From Candidatus Oxydemutator sp. (GTDB lineage Bacteria; Pseudomonadota; Gammaproteobacteria; Poriferisulfidales; Oxydemutatoraceae), in NCBI GenBank assembly GCA_965203445.1, contig OZ241883.1, positions 1,600,001 through 1,664,000 of the forward strand: DNA of 64,000 bases. Direction: 5' to 3'. The position numbers were made by a program, and so were the translations under genes. The stretch's first letter is position 1, and every line of letters begins with the position of its first letter. This document shows, one piece after another, positions 61,706 to 64,000 of this stretch. The notes beneath the pieces were generated by a model. It made no database searches, was not told where the DNA came from, and was given only the letters and a program-made list of their open reading frames with translations.

Positions 61706-62083
61706 GTGGCCAGCGACCACAAATTTTCCTCGATCACGTGTTCGGAGCTGATCAAAAGGATCGCCAACCGGCAGGGGCGCCTGAGCTACAAGGACGTAAA
61801 GATGGCGGTGCACGAGTCGCTCGATTACATGAGCGAGGCGCTGAGCCGCGGTGACAGAATCGAAGTACGGGGCTTCGGCAGCTTCGCGCTGCGCTTCCGC
61901 GAGCCGCGCATGACGCGCAACCCGAAAACGCGCCAGGTGGTCGCGGTTTCCGGCAGAAGCATTCCCCATTTCAAGCCGAGCAGCCTGCTCGCCGCCGGCG
62001 TCAACGAGAGCGCCGGCGACGCTTCGCCCGACGCGCGCGAAGGCGCCGAGCCGCGACGGACGCCCTGGGGCGAGCGCCCCTGA
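61706..62083 (+). CDS. ihfB: Integration host factor beta
   Basis: SELI..I, GDRIEVRGFGSF, RNPKT, PHFKP; follows rpsA. Confidence 0.92.
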   Translation: MASDHKFSSITCSELIKRIANRQGRLSYKDVKMAVHESLDYMSEALSRGDRIEVRGFGSFALRFREPRMTRNPKTRQVVAVSGRSIPHFKPSSLLAAGVNESAGDASPDAREGAEPRRTPWGERP

Positions 62084-62100
62084 GGCGCCGGTGCGGCCGG

Positions 62101-63303
62101 ATGGACGCGGGCGTGTTCGAGTGGCTGTGGTTTCTGCTGCCGGTCGCGGCTTTCAGCGGCTGGTACATCGGTTCGCGCCAAGCCGCGGCCAAGCCCCGTC
62201 ATCACGCGGTGGCGCCGGAATACATCAAGGGCCTCAACTATATTCTCGAACAGCAGACCGGCAAGGCGATAGAGATTTTCATCAGGTTCTTCGAGGTCAA
62301 CCCGACGACGGTGGACACGCACATCATACTCGGCAACCTGTTTCGCCAGAAGGGCGAGATAGAAAAGGCCATACGCATCCATCACAACGTCGCGTCGCGC
62401 TCGCGCATCGGCGACGAGCACAAGACCGCGGCGTTGCTCGAACTGGGGCGCGATTACTTTAACGCCGGCCTGCTCGACAGCGCCGAAAAAATCTTCAAGG
62501 AACTGGTGTCGGTCGAGACGCGCGCGGCCGCGGTCGAGGGGTACCGCCGTCTGTTGACCTTGTACGAGGTGGAGAAGTCGTGGGATGACGCGATTCACTG
62601 CGCCCAATGGCTGGAACGCACCGGCACCGACGACTGTGGTTTGCGCATCGCCCACTATCACTGCGAGCTGGCCGAGAAGGCCATGGACCAACGGGATTAC
62701 AAGCGGGCCAGCCACCACCTGGGCCGCGCCGAGAAGCACGACAAGTCGCTGATTCGCGTGCCGATGGCGCGCGGCGACCTGGAGGCCGCGCGCGGCAACC
62801 GGCGCGGCGCGCTGCGCCACTATTCCAACGTGTTCGCCGCGCGTTCCGAATACGCCGGCGCGTTGCTGCCCAAGATACGCGAATGTTTCGTGCCGTATGA
62901 ACCGGGCGAGTTCGCCGATTACATCCGTTCCCTGAATTTGCGCGTGATGACCGTTTCGTACATCGTCGCCTACATGCACGCGCTGCTACAGGCGCGGCGC
63001 ACCGGCGAAGCCGAGCATTTTCTGCTGGAGCTGATCGGCGCCGAGCGCGCGCCGGTCTCGGCGCTCAAGATTTTTCTCGAGGACAAGATCAAGCACACCG
63101 GCTTGGCCGAGGACGAACTCGTGCAGCAGGTCATCAGCGGCCTGAGCCACGGCGAGGAGACCGGTTATTTCTACCAGTGTTCGGGTTGCGGCTTCGAGAC
63201 CTACCACGTGTACTGGCATTGTCCCAGCTGCCACGCCTGGGGCACCGCCAAGCCGCTGGACGTCATAGAAAGCCTGGCGCCCGCGAAAGCCACGTCCGGC
63301 TGA
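62101..63303 (+). CDS. lapB: Lipopolysaccharide assembly protein B
   Basis: N-terminal TM LLPVAA.SGW, Y.KGLNY, LGNLFRQKGE..AIRIH, TPRs, C-terminal CxxCG..CPSC. Confidence 0.93.
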   Translation: MDAGVFEWLWFLLPVAAFSGWYIGSRQAAAKPRHHAVAPEYIKGLNYILEQQTGKAIEIFIRFFEVNPTTVDTHIILGNLFRQKGEIEKAIRIHHNVASRSRIGDEHKTAALLELGRDYFNAGLLDSAEKIFKELVSVETRAAAVEGYRRLLTLYEVEKSWDDAIHCAQWLERTGTDDCGLRIAHYHCELAEKAMDQRDYKRASHHLGRAEKHDKSLIRVPMARGDLEAARGNRRGALRHYSNVFAARSEYAGALLPKIRECFVPYEPGEFADYIRSLNLRVMTVSYIVAYMHALLQARRTGEAEHFLLELIGAERAPVSALKIFLEDKIKHTGLAEDELVQQVISGLSHGEETGYFYQCSGCGFETYHVYWHCPSCHAWGTAKPLDVIESLAPAKATSG

Positions 63304-63309
63304 AGCCCC

Positions 63310-63342
63310 GCTGTTCGTCGGCTCCACGCTACCGTTGGTCCG
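63310..63342 (+). promoter_or_regulatory. LytTR/AlgR-type direct repeat upstream of comEA
   Basis: CTGTTCGTC (63311) and CCGTTGGTC (63332) are exactly 21 bp apart, each one mismatch from CCGTTCGTC. Confidence 0.5.
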
Positions 63343-63415
63343 CCCGGCGCGCGCCGCCGGCCCGGGCGCGCGTTAACCTGGCGCCTCCTTTGAACTTCCA
63401 ACAAAAGGAGGAAAA

Positions 63416-63814
63416 ATGTATTCGTTCAAAATGAGTCTGATCGCCGCGCTCGCGTTGTTTTGCAACTGCGTCCACGCGGACGTCAACGTCAACACGGCGA
63501 CCGAGCAGCAGCTGATGGAGCAGCTGAAAAACATCGGCCCCGCCAAGGCCGCGGCCATCGTCGAGTATCGCGTCCGGCACGGGCGCTTCACCGACGTCGG
63601 GCAGCTGACCGAGGTGGGCGGCATCGGCCAAGCCACGCTCGAGATGAATCGGCACCTGCTGAACGTCGGCGACGACGCGCAGCCTGGCGCCGACGCGCAG
63701 CCTGGCGCCGACGCGCAGCCGGGCGACGCCGCACGCTTGGGTGGCGCCGCGGGCGCACCGCGGCACGCGCCCGATGCGGCGACCGGAGAAAAACCGGCCG
63801 CGGACGGGCGCTGA
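63416..63814 (+). CDS. comEA: ComEA-family helix-hairpin-helix DNA-binding protein with a low-complexity tail (3x DAQPG[A/D], 63674-63727)
   Basis: AAGGAGG RBS; signal peptide; VNVNTA, LKNIGPAKAAAIVEYR..G.F, L.EV.GIG. Confidence 0.88.
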   Translation: MYSFKMSLIAALALFCNCVHADVNVNTATEQQLMEQLKNIGPAKAAAIVEYRVRHGRFTDVGQLTEVGGIGQATLEMNRHLLNVGDDAQPGADAQPGADAQPGDAARLGGAAGAPRHAPDAATGEKPAADGR

Positions 63815-63827
63815 CGCGACCGGCTGG

Positions 63828-63867
63828 AAGGGGGGCGGGGCGCGATCCGCGCTCCGCCCGCCTTTTT
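63828..63867 (+). terminator. Rho-independent terminator after comEA
   Basis: GGCGGGGCGCG-ATC-CGCGCTCCGCC stem followed by a T5 tract. Confidence 0.55.
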
Positions 63868-63912
63868 CGCGCGGCCCGTAGTAACGGCCGGCGCCGCCTC
63901 GGGCCGACGTTC

Positions 63913-64000
63913 TGGTAGTCCGCGCATGCGTGGAGAGGCATCGGCGGGGCAAGGAGTATTCGCTTGTGGCATACGGTAGTCCGCGCGTGCGTGGAGAGGC
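63913..64000 (-). CRISPR. Probable end of a type I-E-like CRISPR array, truncated by the window edge
   Basis: A 29-bp repeat (63913-63941), a 32-bp unique spacer (63942-63973) and a second repeat from 63974 (CGGTAGTCCGCGCGTGCGTGGAGAGGC..): 61-bp period with an internal hairpin. Only two copies are visible. Confidence 0.55.

Noticed and set aside
1-64000. tRNA, rRNA, IS transposase or integrase genes
   Set aside because: None were recognised by eye; small structured RNAs cannot be excluded without a covariance-model search.

Overview
A GC-rich (~65-70%) bacterial chromosomal window; the housekeeping genes look gammaproteobacterial, and a host-associated lifestyle such as a sponge symbiont is only an inference from the Calx-beta and coiled-coil-nuclease expansions. 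Bases 1-27.4 kb hold a two-gene surface system. The first gene is a >7,300-aa Calx-beta repeat protein (5' end outside the window) ending in a dockerin-like domain. The second is a signal-peptide, Calx-beta, GlyGly-CTERM-anchored partner whose N-terminal domain may be cohesin-like; the two adjoining domains sit on one low-GC patch. Next come purE-purK, a 4x140-bp amplification that creates a chain of ATGA-coupled mini-ORFs, and an acuI/yhdH-like reductase. At 30.9-35.5 kb is a tandem, translationally coupled array of six near-identical coiled-coil + PD-(D/E)XK nuclease genes whose stalks differ by combinatorial 7/14/18-aa modules. It is followed by small coiled-coil/TM genes and punctuated by a 15-bp direct repeat. 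A solo homolog lies at 47-48 kb. Both nuclease loci, and comEA, carry AlgR/LytTR-type boxes upstream. The rest is housekeeping (pyrBC'K, yggS, pyrR, yqgF, gshB, lepA, folP, thiDE, rubredoxin, hisC-tyrA-aroA-cmk-rpsA-ihfB-lapB-comEA) with duplicated glycosyltransferase and methyltransferase genes and many apparently leaderless promoters. A probable type I-E-like CRISPR array begins at the extreme right edge. All family assignments come from motif recognition, not database searches.
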